In this document: positions 29,681 through 39,137 of the stretch, piece after piece
Layout of the letters: each line of letters begins with the position of its first letter
Position numbering within the stretch: position 1 is the first letter of the stretch
NCBI GenBank assembly: GCA_963850905.1
Contig: CAWKMU010000003.1
Span: 2,848,001-2,912,000 of the forward strand
DNA: 64,000 nt
Direction: 5' to 3'
DNA from: an uncultured Gemmatimonadales bacterium
Lineage (GTDB): Bacteria; Gemmatimonadota; Gemmatimonadetes; Gemmatimonadales; Gemmatimonadaceae
Notes under the pieces: generated by a model
Database searches by the model: none
What the model was told of the DNA's origin: nothing
What the model saw: only the letters and a program-made list of their open reading frames with translations
Translations under genes and position numbers: made by a program

Positions 29681-31816
29681 TCTCGCGGAGTGACGCGGGT
29701 GTGAGCCATCCGCCGGTGGAGCGGCAGTCCCGCCCCACCGCGAGTCGTGTCTCTCTCGACACACCGGTCACCTATCTCAAGGGCGTTGGCGAGCGCCGTG
29801 CGGCACTGCTCGCGCGGCTTGGTATCGCGACGGCCGGGGATCTCCTCCGGCACATCCCGCACCGGTACGAGGACGCGAGCACCGTCTCGCCCATCGGGAC
29901 GCTCGCCACCGGTGACGGACGCGACGGTCATTGGTACCGTGATCTCCAAAGGCGTGCTGCCGACACGACGTGGTCTCAGGATTTTCCAGGTCGTGCTGCG
30001 AGACGGCTCCGGGATGATCGAGGTATCGTGGCCCGGGCAGGCATATCTGGACCGCGTCATCGACAAGCACGATGTGCTGCTCGTGACCGGCACCGTGCGC
30101 TTCTTTCAGGGTCGACAACTGCAGGCCCGCGAGTTCGTGAATCTGGGCGCGGAAGCCGCCGACACCTCACAAGGTCGCGTGCTGGCCGTCTACCCGACCA
30201 CCGAAGGACTGTCGGTCAAGGTGCTGCGCAGCCTCATCGACAACCACCTCGACACGTTGTTGCCGCTGGCCGCCGAGTCGTTGTCGAGCGACATCCTTGC
30301 AGCCGGTGGCGTGCCGCCGCTCCCGGAAGCGCTCCGGATGGTGCATCGCCCGGCATCGCTCGCGGAGGCGGAGGCCGGCCGTTCACGGCTCGCTTTCGAG
30401 GAGCTCCTGTTCGTTCAGCTGCTGTATCGCCGCGCGTATGCGCTGGCTCGTGCGCACCGGAGTGGCATTGCGTATCAGAATCTCCGATCACTGACGACCG
30501 CGCTCAAGCAGGTGTTGCCATACGAGCTCACGAACGCGCAGACACGGGCCGTGCGCGAGATCGTCGCGGACATGTGCAGCGCGGCGCGGATGCACCGCTT
30601 GCTGCAGGGTGACGTCGGCAGCGGAAAGACCGTCGTCGCGCTCTTCGCGGCACTCCTGGCGATGGAGAATGGCTATCAGGCCGCGGTCATGGCTCCGACG
30701 GAGCTCCTGGCCGAGCAGCACTGGCACACGATTTCTTCGTTGCTCCGGCCGCTGAATGTCAGTCCGGTCCTGCTCACAGGGAGTCTCTCGGCCGCGGAAC
30801 GCCGGGCGGCGGCCGATCGCATCGCGCGCCCCGAGCCGGCGCTCGTCGTCGGAACGCACGCGCTCGTGCAGGAGGCGACGACGTTCGCTCGCCTCGGTCT
30901 CGCAGTCATCGACGAGCAGCACCGGTTCGGAGTCGAGCAGCGCAAGGCCCTGGGAGCGAAGGGTGACAAGCCGGACGTACTCCTCCTGAGCGCGACGCCG
31001 ATTCCACGGTCGCTGGCGTTGACGGCGTACGGCGATCTCGATGTCAGCGTGCTCGATGAGCGGCCGCCCGGCCGTCGTCCCGTGACCACCGCCTGGCGGC
31101 CCGAGTCCGCGCGGGCCCGAGTGCTCTCCTTCCTGTCAGGCCAACTCGAGCAGGGGCGGCAGGGCTACATCGTCTACCCTGTGATCGGCGAGTCGGAGCG
31201 CACCGACCTCAAGTCGGCCACGGCGATGTTCCTGGAGTTGACGGCTGAGGGCGGCGCACTCGCGAATCGTCGCGTCGCGCTCCTGCACGGGCGCTTGCCG
31301 CCCGATGAGCGCGATGCGGCCATGCGCGCGTTTCGCGACGGGAACCTCGACGTGCTGATCGCGACCACGGTCATCGAGGTCGGGATCGATGTCGCGAACG
31401 CGACGATCATGGTGATCGAGCACCCGGAGCGATTCGGCCTCTCGCAGCTTCACCAGCTGCGTGGGCGTGTGGGGCGGGGGGCGGACGAATCCTTCTGCAT
31501 CCTCCTGGGTGACGTCAGTCCGGAGGCGGCGACGCGGCTCGGCATCTTCATCGGCACCGAGGATGGATTCGAGATCGCGCGCGCGGATCTGCGCCTCCGC
31601 GGGATGGGCGACTTGTTCGGCGAACAACAGAGCGGCTCCGCCATGTTCCGCGTGGCCGACCCGTTGCGTGACGAAGCGCTCAACGAACGCGCCCGCTCCG
31701 TCGCCGATCGGATCCTGGCTGATGACCCCGAGCTGACCTCGCCAGTGCACGGCGCGCTACGCCGCACGATGGCGGCACGGTATGCGCGAGCGGTGGAGTT
31801 GTTTCGGGTGGGGTGA
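29677..31816 (+). CDS. recG: ATP-dependent DNA helicase RecG (+1 frameshift near 29913)
   Basis: LKGVG...LGI...P.RYED N-terminus, then RLAFEE, QGDVGSGKT, DEQHRFG, SATPIPR and QLRGRVGRG motifs. Confidence 0.95.
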
Positions 31817-31823
31817 CCACGAC

Positions 31824-31859
31824 GGTCAGTGGTCAGGGGTCAGGGGGTCAGTGGTGAGG
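31824..31859. repeat. Tandem heptamer GGTCAG(T/G), 5 units
   Basis: GGTCAGT GGTCAGG GGTCAGG G GGTCAGT GGTGAGG immediately after the recG stop. Confidence 0.7.
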
Positions 31860-31884
31860 GAACCACAACAACGACGACAACAAC

Positions 31885-32025
31885 GGGCGGGCTAAAGCCC
31901 GCCCCTACATGTCAGTGCGGGCGGTGAGGATCCGGAGCGCCCAACCGGTGACTACAGTTGCCGGTCGACGAATTCGAGACCGACACCGTCCGCAGCAACA
32001 TGTAGGGGCGGCCTTCAGGCCGCCC
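31885..32025. repeat. Inverted pair of GTAG-type REP palindromes (REPIN/BIME-like element)
   Basis: Minus strand GTAG-GGGCGGGCTTTAGCCCGCCC (31908-31885) and plus strand GTAG-GGGCGGCCTTCAGGCCGCCC (32002-32025). The inner flanks are also complementary. It lies between convergent genes. Confidence 0.8.
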
Positions 32026-32078
32026 GCCCTCGTGTTTGCCGGTCGTCATCGTGTCGACGACTCTGACCTGGACCGGTG

Positions 32079-32687
32079 TTACGGCTTCGGCGCGGTCAAT
32101 CGCTTCTTGATACGATCCAGCTCCTGCGTCGAGTCACTGAGCGCAGTCAGCACCTTGTCCAGCGAGTCGCGCAAGTGCAGCACTTCCTCGCGGCTGCGAT
32201 CGCGCGACGCCCCCGCGAGTCGGGCACTGTCGGCGCTGCGGAGTGCCGAATCGGCCTCGGTGCGCGCGGAGTCGGCCTTCGAGGCCGCCTGGACATTCTC
32301 CTCGTGCAAGGTCACCAGGTCGGTGGCCGTTCGACGCAGAATATCGGCTTCGAGATCGTGCTCGTGGGGACCAGGACCATTGCTGTACGCAGTCAGCGCT
32401 CGCATTGCCTCGGACGTGGAGTGCTGTTCGTTTCGCGGATCGAGCGTGAAGAGTGCGAGCCAGAACTGCGTCTCGTTGGCCTGAGGCGTATTGGGGTACC
32501 GCATGGCGAATGCGATCAGCGCCGAATCAGCGGCGCTGTAGTGCCCCCCCACCGCCGCTTGTTGCGCGTACGTCAGCGTGACCGGCCACGCCGGCTGCGG
32601 AACGGGGTGTTGAGACGTCGGTCGACCTGCGCAACTCAGCAACGCGTGGAGTGTGAGGAGCGAGGCGAGGCTGGTCCAACGCCTCAC
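32079..32687 (-). CDS. Alpha-helical lipoprotein with C-terminal coiled coil (QseG/YfhG-like architecture)
   Basis: Signal peptide with lipobox LLSC; TPR-like helix (FAMRYPNTPQANETQFWLAL); coiled coil ending ELDRIKKRL; 4-bp overlap with the kinase gene. Confidence 0.7.
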   Translation of the reverse strand: MRRWTSLASLLTLHALLSCAGRPTSQHPVPQPAWPVTLTYAQQAAVGGHYSAADSALIAFAMRYPNTPQANETQFWLALFTLDPRNEQHSTSEAMRALTAYSNGPGPHEHDLEADILRRTATDLVTLHEENVQAASKADSARTEADSALRSADSARLAGASRDRSREEVLHLRDSLDKVLTALSDSTQELDRIKKRLTAPKP

Positions 32688-34198
32688 ACGGCTGCCCTCG
32701 CCTGGCTGGCGCCGCGCCGCAGGGCCGGCGATGGGACGGGGCGCACGCGTCGCGTTGGGAGCGCCTGTGGAAGCGTGATCGTGAACGTCGCGCCGGCTCC
32801 TGGCCTGCTGTCGACCGTGATCGTGCCGCGGTGTGCCTCGACGATCGTCTTGGCGATCGCGAGACCCAGACCCGTGCCGTCGGCGGCCTCGGGCTGATTG
32901 TCGGCGCGGTAGAACTTGTCGAAGATGCGTGGCAGCTGCTCCGGTGGAATGCCGGCGCCGGTGTCGTGCACCGCCAACTGCACCAAGTCGTCGGTGGCGC
33001 GCACCTGCAAACGGACCTGGCCCCCGCGGGGTGTGAACTTGAACGCGTTAGACAGCAAGTTCCCCATCACCTCGCTAATGCGGTCTCGATCCCATGTCAC
33101 GTGCACGGGCAGCTCCCGATCATGGCACACCGCGAACTCCACCGATCGCTGCATTGCCAGAACTCGGAACGATGCCTCCAGGTCCTTGAGAAATTCAACC
33201 AGTGCGAGCGGTCGCGGCTCGAGTTTCCCGCCGCCTGCTTCGAATCGACTCACGTCGAGCAGCTGCTTGACGAGTCGGCCGATGCTCACGCACTGCGCCT
33301 CGAGTGTTTGACAGATCTCGCGCTGCCGTTCCGATAGTGCGCCGTATGCGCCATCCTGCAAGAGCTGCAAGTAACCCAGTAGCACGTTGACCGGCGTTTT
33401 CAGCTCGTGCGACGCCACGGAGACGAACTCGGCCTTCAACCGATCGAGCTCGATAAGCTGTCGGGCCATCGTGTCATAGCTCGCCGCCAGGCGCCCGAAT
33501 TCGTCGTGCCGCCGAGGCGCAACCGATAGTCGGTGCGCGAAGTCGCCACTTGCCACCGCCGCCATCCCCGCCTCGAGATCCTCAACCGGCCCGCTGATCG
33601 AGTGCGTGAGCCAGATCGCGATGCCGGTGGCGAGGAGCGCCGCAAAGACCAGCACCGCCGCGGAGAATTGTCGCGCCTGTTCCGCCGCGTCTGCCGCGCC
33701 CGCCACTCGGTCTCGAGACCGCACGCGCAGCGATCCTTCGGCCGTGCCGATCCAATGCTCCATCTCGGAAATCGCCGGCCGCACGCCGTTCGCGGACAGA
33801 CTGTCGGCGCGTGCGCTCCGGCGCGCCAGGACGGCACCGTATTCTTGAGTCGCCACGGTCGCCACCGTTGCGACGACCTGACGGAGGTTACGGGCCGCGC
33901 TGTCGAGCTCGAACGACTCCAACGAGTCCGTCATGGCGCTAAGCACCGTGATCTGACGCGACATCCGACGCTCACTCGCCGAGTCGTGCACGAAGAGCAG
34001 CGCATCCTCAGCGCGACGGAGATCTTCAGTACTGACTCGAATACGACCCAGCAGTAGCGACGCCGCAAACTCCTTGTCACGGAGCGCAAGCGCTGACTGA
34101 TGGAGATCTTCGAGCGACCGCAGCGCCAGGCCAAGAGGGACAACGAGCACGACCGCGATGGCCAACAGACCCGCGGCCAACCTGGCCCGGAGCGTCAT
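32684..34198 (-). CDS. Membrane sensor histidine kinase (periplasmic helical domain, HAMP, HisKA, HATPase)
   Basis: Two TM helices; HAMP DEFGRLAASY; H-box SHELKTP; NLLSNAFKF, DTGAGI and GTGLGL motifs. Confidence 0.93.
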   Translation of the reverse strand: MTLRARLAAGLLAIAVVLVVPLGLALRSLEDLHQSALALRDKEFAASLLLGRIRVSTEDLRRAEDALLFVHDSASERRMSRQITVLSAMTDSLESFELDSAARNLRQVVATVATVATQEYGAVLARRSARADSLSANGVRPAISEMEHWIGTAEGSLRVRSRDRVAGAADAAEQARQFSAAVLVFAALLATGIAIWLTHSISGPVEDLEAGMAAVASGDFAHRLSVAPRRHDEFGRLAASYDTMARQLIELDRLKAEFVSVASHELKTPVNVLLGYLQLLQDGAYGALSERQREICQTLEAQCVSIGRLVKQLLDVSRFEAGGGKLEPRPLALVEFLKDLEASFRVLAMQRSVEFAVCHDRELPVHVTWDRDRISEVMGNLLSNAFKFTPRGGQVRLQVRATDDLVQLAVHDTGAGIPPEQLPRIFDKFYRADNQPEAADGTGLGLAIAKTIVEAHRGTITVDSRPGAGATFTITLPQALPTRRVRPVPSPALRRGASQARAAV

Positions 34199-34261
34199 AG
34201 CTGAACATTAACGCGCAGGACACTCGACCGTGAGACCATCTCCAAAGGTCCCCGACTTGCG

Positions 34262-34290
34262 TTGACACTGCTCCAGCTACGGTCTACCTT
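34262..34290 (+). promoter_or_regulatory. Sigma70-type promoter of asnS
   Basis: TTGACA (34262-34267), 17 bp, TACCTT (34285-34290). Confidence 0.7.
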
Positions 34291-34323
34291 GCCGCGCGAT
34301 CCAACTCTTTGACCTAGCGCATC

Positions 34324-35661
34324 ATGCCCACCGTGTCACCTCCCCCCACAACCCCGGTGCCGGCCGCGCCATCTGTCGCGATTCGAGAGCTCCCGCGGTA
34401 CATCGGGGAGCGTGTCCGGATCTCCGGATGGGTGGTGCACGTGAGGTCATCCGGCAAGGTCGCGTTCCTGGTGATGCGCGACGGACACGGCATCGTGCAA
34501 TGCGTCGTCGCCAAGGCCGAGGTCGGGCCTGAGGTCTGGGACCGGTTCGGCACCCTCACGCAGGAAACGTCGATCCAGCTCGAGGGGATTGTTCGCGCGG
34601 ACCCACGCGCCCCCGGCGGCCACGAGCTGGCGGTGCAAGATCTGCACGTGCTCGGCAGGAGCCCGATCGACTATCCGATCCAGCCAAAGGAACACGGCGT
34701 CGACTTCTTGCTCGATCACCGGCACCTCTGGCTCCGGAGCACCCGCCAGGCGGCGATCCTGCGGATCCGGAGCGAGATCGAGCAAGCCATCCAGGATTTT
34801 TTCTACGCGCGCGATTTCGTCCGCGTCGACACGCCGATCCTGACCGCCGCGATCGGTGAACGAAGCGGCCTGTTCTCGACAGAGTATTTCGACGAAGGGT
34901 CCGCGTATCTCGCGCAGACCGGGCAACTCTACGGAGAGGCCGCCGCCGCAGCCCTTGGGCGCATCTATACCTTCGGTCCGACCTTTCGAGCGGAGAAGTC
35001 GAAGACTCGGCGCCACCTGGCGGAGTTTTGGATGATCGAGCCAGAGGTAGCGTTTGCGGATTCAGCGGAGAATATGCGTCTCCAGGAGTCTCTGGTCATT
35101 TACTTGGTGGAGCGCGTGCTCGAGCGACACCGCCCGGAACTGGCCGAGCTCGAGCGGGACACGAAGAAGCTCGAGAGCGTTGTCGCGCCGTTCCCCCGTG
35201 TGGACTACGGCGACGCCGTCGCCACGTTGCAGCAACGCGGCAGTGCGATCAAGTGGGGGGACGACCTTGGTGCAGAGGATGAGACGCTGCTGGTGGCGGA
35301 TGCCGACCGGCCGATCTTCGTGTGCAACTATCCGAAGCAGGCCAAAGCCTTCTACATGAAGGAGAATCCCGCTGATCCCCGAACGGTACTGTGCGATGAC
35401 TGCCTGGCCCCCGAAGGGTACGGGGAAATCATCGGTGGATCACAGCGCGAAGATGATCACGACAGGCTGCGCCAGCGCATCATCGATGAGGGCCTCCCGC
35501 TCGACGCCTACGGCTGGTACCTGGACCTCCGTCGATACGGGACCTTCGTGCATTCCGGCTTCGGCATCGGACTCGAGCGAACGATCGCCTATATCTGCGG
35601 CCTCCCGCACGTGCGAGAGGCCATCCCGTTTGCTCGCATGATGAACCGGCTGCGACCCTGA
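34324..35661 (+). CDS. asnS: Asparagine--tRNA ligase
   Basis: OB fold GWV...R..GK..F...RDG; RHLWLR; YLAQTGQLY; FRAEKSKTRRHLAEFWMIEPE; EIIGGSQRE; GFGIGLER. Confidence 0.93.
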   Translation: MPTVSPPPTTPVPAAPSVAIRELPRYIGERVRISGWVVHVRSSGKVAFLVMRDGHGIVQCVVAKAEVGPEVWDRFGTLTQETSIQLEGIVRADPRAPGGHELAVQDLHVLGRSPIDYPIQPKEHGVDFLLDHRHLWLRSTRQAAILRIRSEIEQAIQDFFYARDFVRVDTPILTAAIGERSGLFSTEYFDEGSAYLAQTGQLYGEAAAAALGRIYTFGPTFRAEKSKTRRHLAEFWMIEPEVAFADSAENMRLQESLVIYLVERVLERHRPELAELERDTKKLESVVAPFPRVDYGDAVATLQQRGSAIKWGDDLGAEDETLLVADADRPIFVCNYPKQAKAFYMKENPADPRTVLCDDCLAPEGYGEIIGGSQREDDHDRLRQRIIDEGLPLDAYGWYLDLRRYGTFVHSGFGIGLERTIAYICGLPHVREAIPFARMMNRLRP

Positions 35662-35751
35662 GCCGTTCTAACCAAGCATACGCGCGGGCTCTGGCTTGGT
35701 CGCGCGCCGCGGCAGTCGCGCACATTGACGCGTCAGCCCGCCCCTCGCCGA

Positions 35752-36549
35752 TCATGGCGTTGGCGCGTCCTCGCCTGCTTTCACTTCGTCCCACAGCGCA
35801 TCGAGCACCGCGAGCGGCGCCTGACCGATCACCAGCCCTCGTTCCCGCGCGAGGCGCTCGACGGCTTGAAACCGCCGGGCGAACTTCTTGTTCGATCGAT
35901 CCAGCGCCACCGCGGCATGTACGCCGGATTTGCGACATAAGTTGACGCACGAAAACAGCAGATCGCCGAGCTCCTCGCTCAACTGCTCGTGTGCGGGACC
36001 GCCCTCGGGCGCACCACTCACCGCCAGGATCGGCGGATGGTCCCGAATTGAGTCTCTGACCTCCTGCAGCTCCTCGGCGACCTTGTCGAGCGGGCCTTCC
36101 GTTGATGGCCAATCGAAGCCGACACCGGCGGCGCGCTCTTGGAGCCGGTGGGCGCGCAACAACGGCGGGAGCTGCGTGGGCAGCCCGTCGACGATCGAGG
36201 TGCGCCGCTTCGCTTTCATGCGCTCCCACGGCTCTTTCGCCCCTTCGCCGTAGAGATGTGGGTGCCGGCCCTTCATCTTGGTGACCAACCCGCGCGGCAC
36301 GTCACCGGCTTCGAACCCGCCGCGCTCCTCTGCCAGGACGGCGTGAAAGAGCACCTGCAGCAACAGATCGCCCAGCTCCTCGCGAAGCAGCCGGTCGTCT
36401 CCCGACCGGATGGCCTCGTCCACTTCGTGCGCCTCCTCGATGAGGTACGGACGCAGCGACTCGTGAGTCTGAGCAGCGTCCCAATCGCAGCGGACGCGCA
36501 GATCGCGCATGAGCGCCAGCGCGTCGTCGAAGGGCGAGGGCGTCGACAT
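35752..36549 (-). CDS. mazG: Nucleoside triphosphate pyrophosphohydrolase MazG
   Basis: CDWDAAQTHESL, EEAHE, EELGDLLLQV, RHPH, GFDW and a second EELGDLLF motif. Confidence 0.95.
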   Translation of the reverse strand: MSTPSPFDDALALMRDLRVRCDWDAAQTHESLRPYLIEEAHEVDEAIRSGDDRLLREELGDLLLQVLFHAVLAEERGGFEAGDVPRGLVTKMKGRHPHLYGEGAKEPWERMKAKRRTSIVDGLPTQLPPLLRAHRLQERAAGVGFDWPSTEGPLDKVAEELQEVRDSIRDHPPILAVSGAPEGGPAHEQLSEELGDLLFSCVNLCRKSGVHAAVALDRSNKKFARRFQAVERLARERGLVIGQAPLAVLDALWDEVKAGEDAPTP

Positions 36550-36583
36550 GGGCGTGCCATATACTATCTCGCGACCGTGCGCG

Positions 36584-37810
36584 ATGCTACGCGACACTGA
36601 GCGTCTCCGCGCATGGGTCGAGGTCGACCTCGAGGCGCTCACGCGCAACGCACGCGCCGTCGCCGAGCGAGCTGGAGTCCCGATCTTGCCCATGGTCAAG
36701 GCAGACGCGTACGGGTTGGGAGCGCTGCCGGTCGTGCGCGCGCTCGAACGCGTCGATCCCTGGGGCTATGGCGTGGCGACGGTCGACGAGGGCAGGGCGT
36801 TGCGCAGGGCTGGCGTGGCGCGGCCGATCGTCGTCTTCAATCCGTTGCTCGATTCGGAGATTGCCGTCGCGCATGCCGAGCACCTCTCTCCCGTGCTCAG
36901 CGACGCGACGATCATCGCCCGATGGGCGTCGGCGAGCGGCAATGCGCCGTGGCACCTGTCGATCGACACCGGGATGAGCCGCTCCGGTATTCCGTGGTCC
37001 ATCGTAGGCGACCTCGGAGCGCTGCTCGCGCAGCATCCGCCACTCGGCGCGTGCACACACTTTCACAGTGCTGATGCGGATGACGGCTCCGACCGGCTGC
37101 AACGCGACCGGTTCCGCCAGGCGCTCGGTGCGTTGCCCGTTCGGCCGGACGTCGTGCACGCGGAGAACAGCCCCGCGATCGAGCGGATCGTCGACGGCTC
37201 CGTCTGGACGGTGGTGCGCCCCGGCGTATTCCTGTATGGCGTCGAGAGCCGCGACTACGCGAGCGGAAGGGAGTCCACGTCGCTCGAGCCGCGCCACGAC
37301 CCTCCAGCGGCGGCCCGGCCGCCCCACGGTCAGGGTGGCGCTACGCCCCTCCGGAGCCAGGCGGTCGTCGCCCTGCGCGCACGCATCGTGGAGCTCCGGT
37401 GGATTGAACCGGGGGCGGGGGTCAGCTACGGTTCGACGTTTCGGGCGACCGAGCGTCGGCGGATCGCTACGCTGGCTGTGGGGTACGCTGACGGTTACCG
37501 CCGAGCATTCAGCAACGTTGGCCGCGCCCTGGTACGCGGCCAACGCGCACGCGTGGTCGGCGTCGTCACAATGGATATGACCATGCTGGATGTCACAGGA
37601 ATTGACTGCGCCATCGGGGATGTGGCGACCCTGCTCGGCGGCGATCTGGCCGCCCGAGAACAAGAGGGTGGCCCGATCGGCGGTTGTGGCTCGGGCCACG
37701 CGATCGACATCGCCGAGGCGGCACGCGCCGCCGGCTTGTGCGTGTACGAACTGCTCACCGGACTCCGTTTGCGCGCACCTCGCGTGTACCTGGACTGCGC
37801 GCCCAGATAG
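36584..37810 (+). CDS. alr: Alanine racemase
   Basis: MVKADAYGLG (PLP Lys), IDTGMSRSG, RPG..LYG, VSYG, GYADG and TMDM motifs. Confidence 0.93.
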   Translation: MLRDTERLRAWVEVDLEALTRNARAVAERAGVPILPMVKADAYGLGALPVVRALERVDPWGYGVATVDEGRALRRAGVARPIVVFNPLLDSEIAVAHAEHLSPVLSDATIIARWASASGNAPWHLSIDTGMSRSGIPWSIVGDLGALLAQHPPLGACTHFHSADADDGSDRLQRDRFRQALGALPVRPDVVHAENSPAIERIVDGSVWTVVRPGVFLYGVESRDYASGRESTSLEPRHDPPAAARPPHGQGGATPLRSQAVVALRARIVELRWIEPGAGVSYGSTFRATERRRIATLAVGYADGYRRAFSNVGRALVRGQRARVVGVVTMDMTMLDVTGIDCAIGDVATLLGGDLAAREQEGGPIGGCGSGHAIDIAEAARAAGLCVYELLTGLRLRAPRVYLDCAPR

Positions 37811-37820
37811 ATTTTCGCCC

Positions 37821-39137
37821 GTGTATCGACATCGACTCTACTCGTTCGCGGTCGCAGCCGCGGTATGCGCCGTTGCGGCGGCCTGCTCGGAAACCCTTCC
37901 GGAAGGGCGCGCCTGTCCTGCGCTCTGCCCCAATCAGAGCATCCCGGTCGCCGACACGACGATCGACGGCCTCACCGCGATGGCTGTGGATACGACCATC
38001 GCCGGCTATCCGCTGCTTGGCACGGAGCCCGAGTTGCTCGTGGCCGCAAGCGGGGACACGATCGACGTGCGCACGATCGTGCGGTTCGACTCCGTCCCCT
38101 TCCAATACCGCCCGATAGCGAGCGATACCCTCCAACCCGCGACGCAGGTCTTCAATGCGTACCTTCGGCTCGTTTTTGATACGTTGAGCTTCCGCCCGCG
38201 GGGAACCACCGCAGGCGAGCCGACGCTGGCGGTGTACGACGTCGATACGGTGGGCTCGGACACGTCCGTCGGCGTCTTGGCCTCACTCTTCCGGCCAGAT
38301 CGCCTGTTGGCATCCCAGGCGATCGGGATCGGCGAGGACTCCATCAGGATCCCGCTGGATACGGCAAAGGTCAGAGCGCACGTGACCGGGGACCACAACA
38401 TTCGCATCGGGCTTCGGCTGACCCACATCGGAGTCGGGCTCGCGAATGGCCGACTGAACATTCTGAACGCGAGCAGCGGCACGCCACCGGTCTTCTCGTA
38501 CGAGGCCGATACGGACACCGTGACGGTGACGCCGTTCACGTCTGTGGCTCGATCGACGACGCCGGTCAACGACTCGGCGCTCGCGCAGCGGCTGTTGAAC
38601 TATCCGTTGATCGTGGCAGGCACGTCACCGCCAGTGGGCCAGCATCTCGACATCGGCGGGATACCTGCCCGTCGTACATTCGTTCGATTCGTGCTGCCGA
38701 CGAAGATCATCGACTCTGCCACGGTCGTGCGGGCGACGCTGACGTTGCACCTCATCCCCAACAGCCTACGCGCATTTTTCGCGTCCCCACCCGACTCGAT
38801 GGGCGTGCTGGCGGCGGGAATCGTATCGACGCCGGCTGTGACGGACCCCGGACATGCGGCCGGTTTCAATGCGCCGTCCACGGTGATCGGGATCGACACG
38901 TCGTACTTCGGGCTCCAGTACCCGGACTCCATCAATGTGGAATTCGTGAATGCCGCACGCCACTGGAAGGGCCGCGCCGCGGACACCGTGAGTCGCGCCA
39001 TCGTGCTCATGGGCACCGACGAGGGGGCGACCCCGCTCGTCGCGAGCTTCTATCCCGCACTGCCGTCAGTCCCCTTTGCCCTCCGTCCCCACGTGCATCT
39101 CGCATACGTCAACACTCTGGGGTACGGGCTGCCATGA
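37821..39137 (+). CDS. Beta-rich outer-membrane lipoprotein of unknown function
   Basis: Signal MYRHRLYSFAVAAAVCAVAAAC with lipobox AAAC; CPALC motif; Thr/Asp-rich beta content; ATGA coupling to the next gene. Confidence 0.7.
   Translation: MYRHRLYSFAVAAAVCAVAAACSETLPEGRACPALCPNQSIPVADTTIDGLTAMAVDTTIAGYPLLGTEPELLVAASGDTIDVRTIVRFDSVPFQYRPIASDTLQPATQVFNAYLRLVFDTLSFRPRGTTAGEPTLAVYDVDTVGSDTSVGVLASLFRPDRLLASQAIGIGEDSIRIPLDTAKVRAHVTGDHNIRIGLRLTHIGVGLANGRLNILNASSGTPPVFSYEADTDTVTVTPFTSVARSTTPVNDSALAQRLLNYPLIVAGTSPPVGQHLDIGGIPARRTFVRFVLPTKIIDSATVVRATLTLHLIPNSLRAFFASPPDSMGVLAAGIVSTPAVTDPGHAAGFNAPSTVIGIDTSYFGLQYPDSINVEFVNAARHWKGRAADTVSRAIVLMGTDEGATPLVASFYPALPSVPFALRPHVHLAYVNTLGYGLP

Noticed and set aside
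31909..32897. Plus-strand ORFs (191 and 273 aa) over the REP element and lipoprotein
   Set aside because: They start inside or next to the repeat element, lie antisense to a better-supported lipoprotein/kinase pair, and have no recognisable motifs.
35752..36549. MazG as part of a toxin-antitoxin or anti-phage locus
   Set aside because: It is the ordinary two-domain housekeeping form between asnS and alr, with no mazEF or defence genes nearby.
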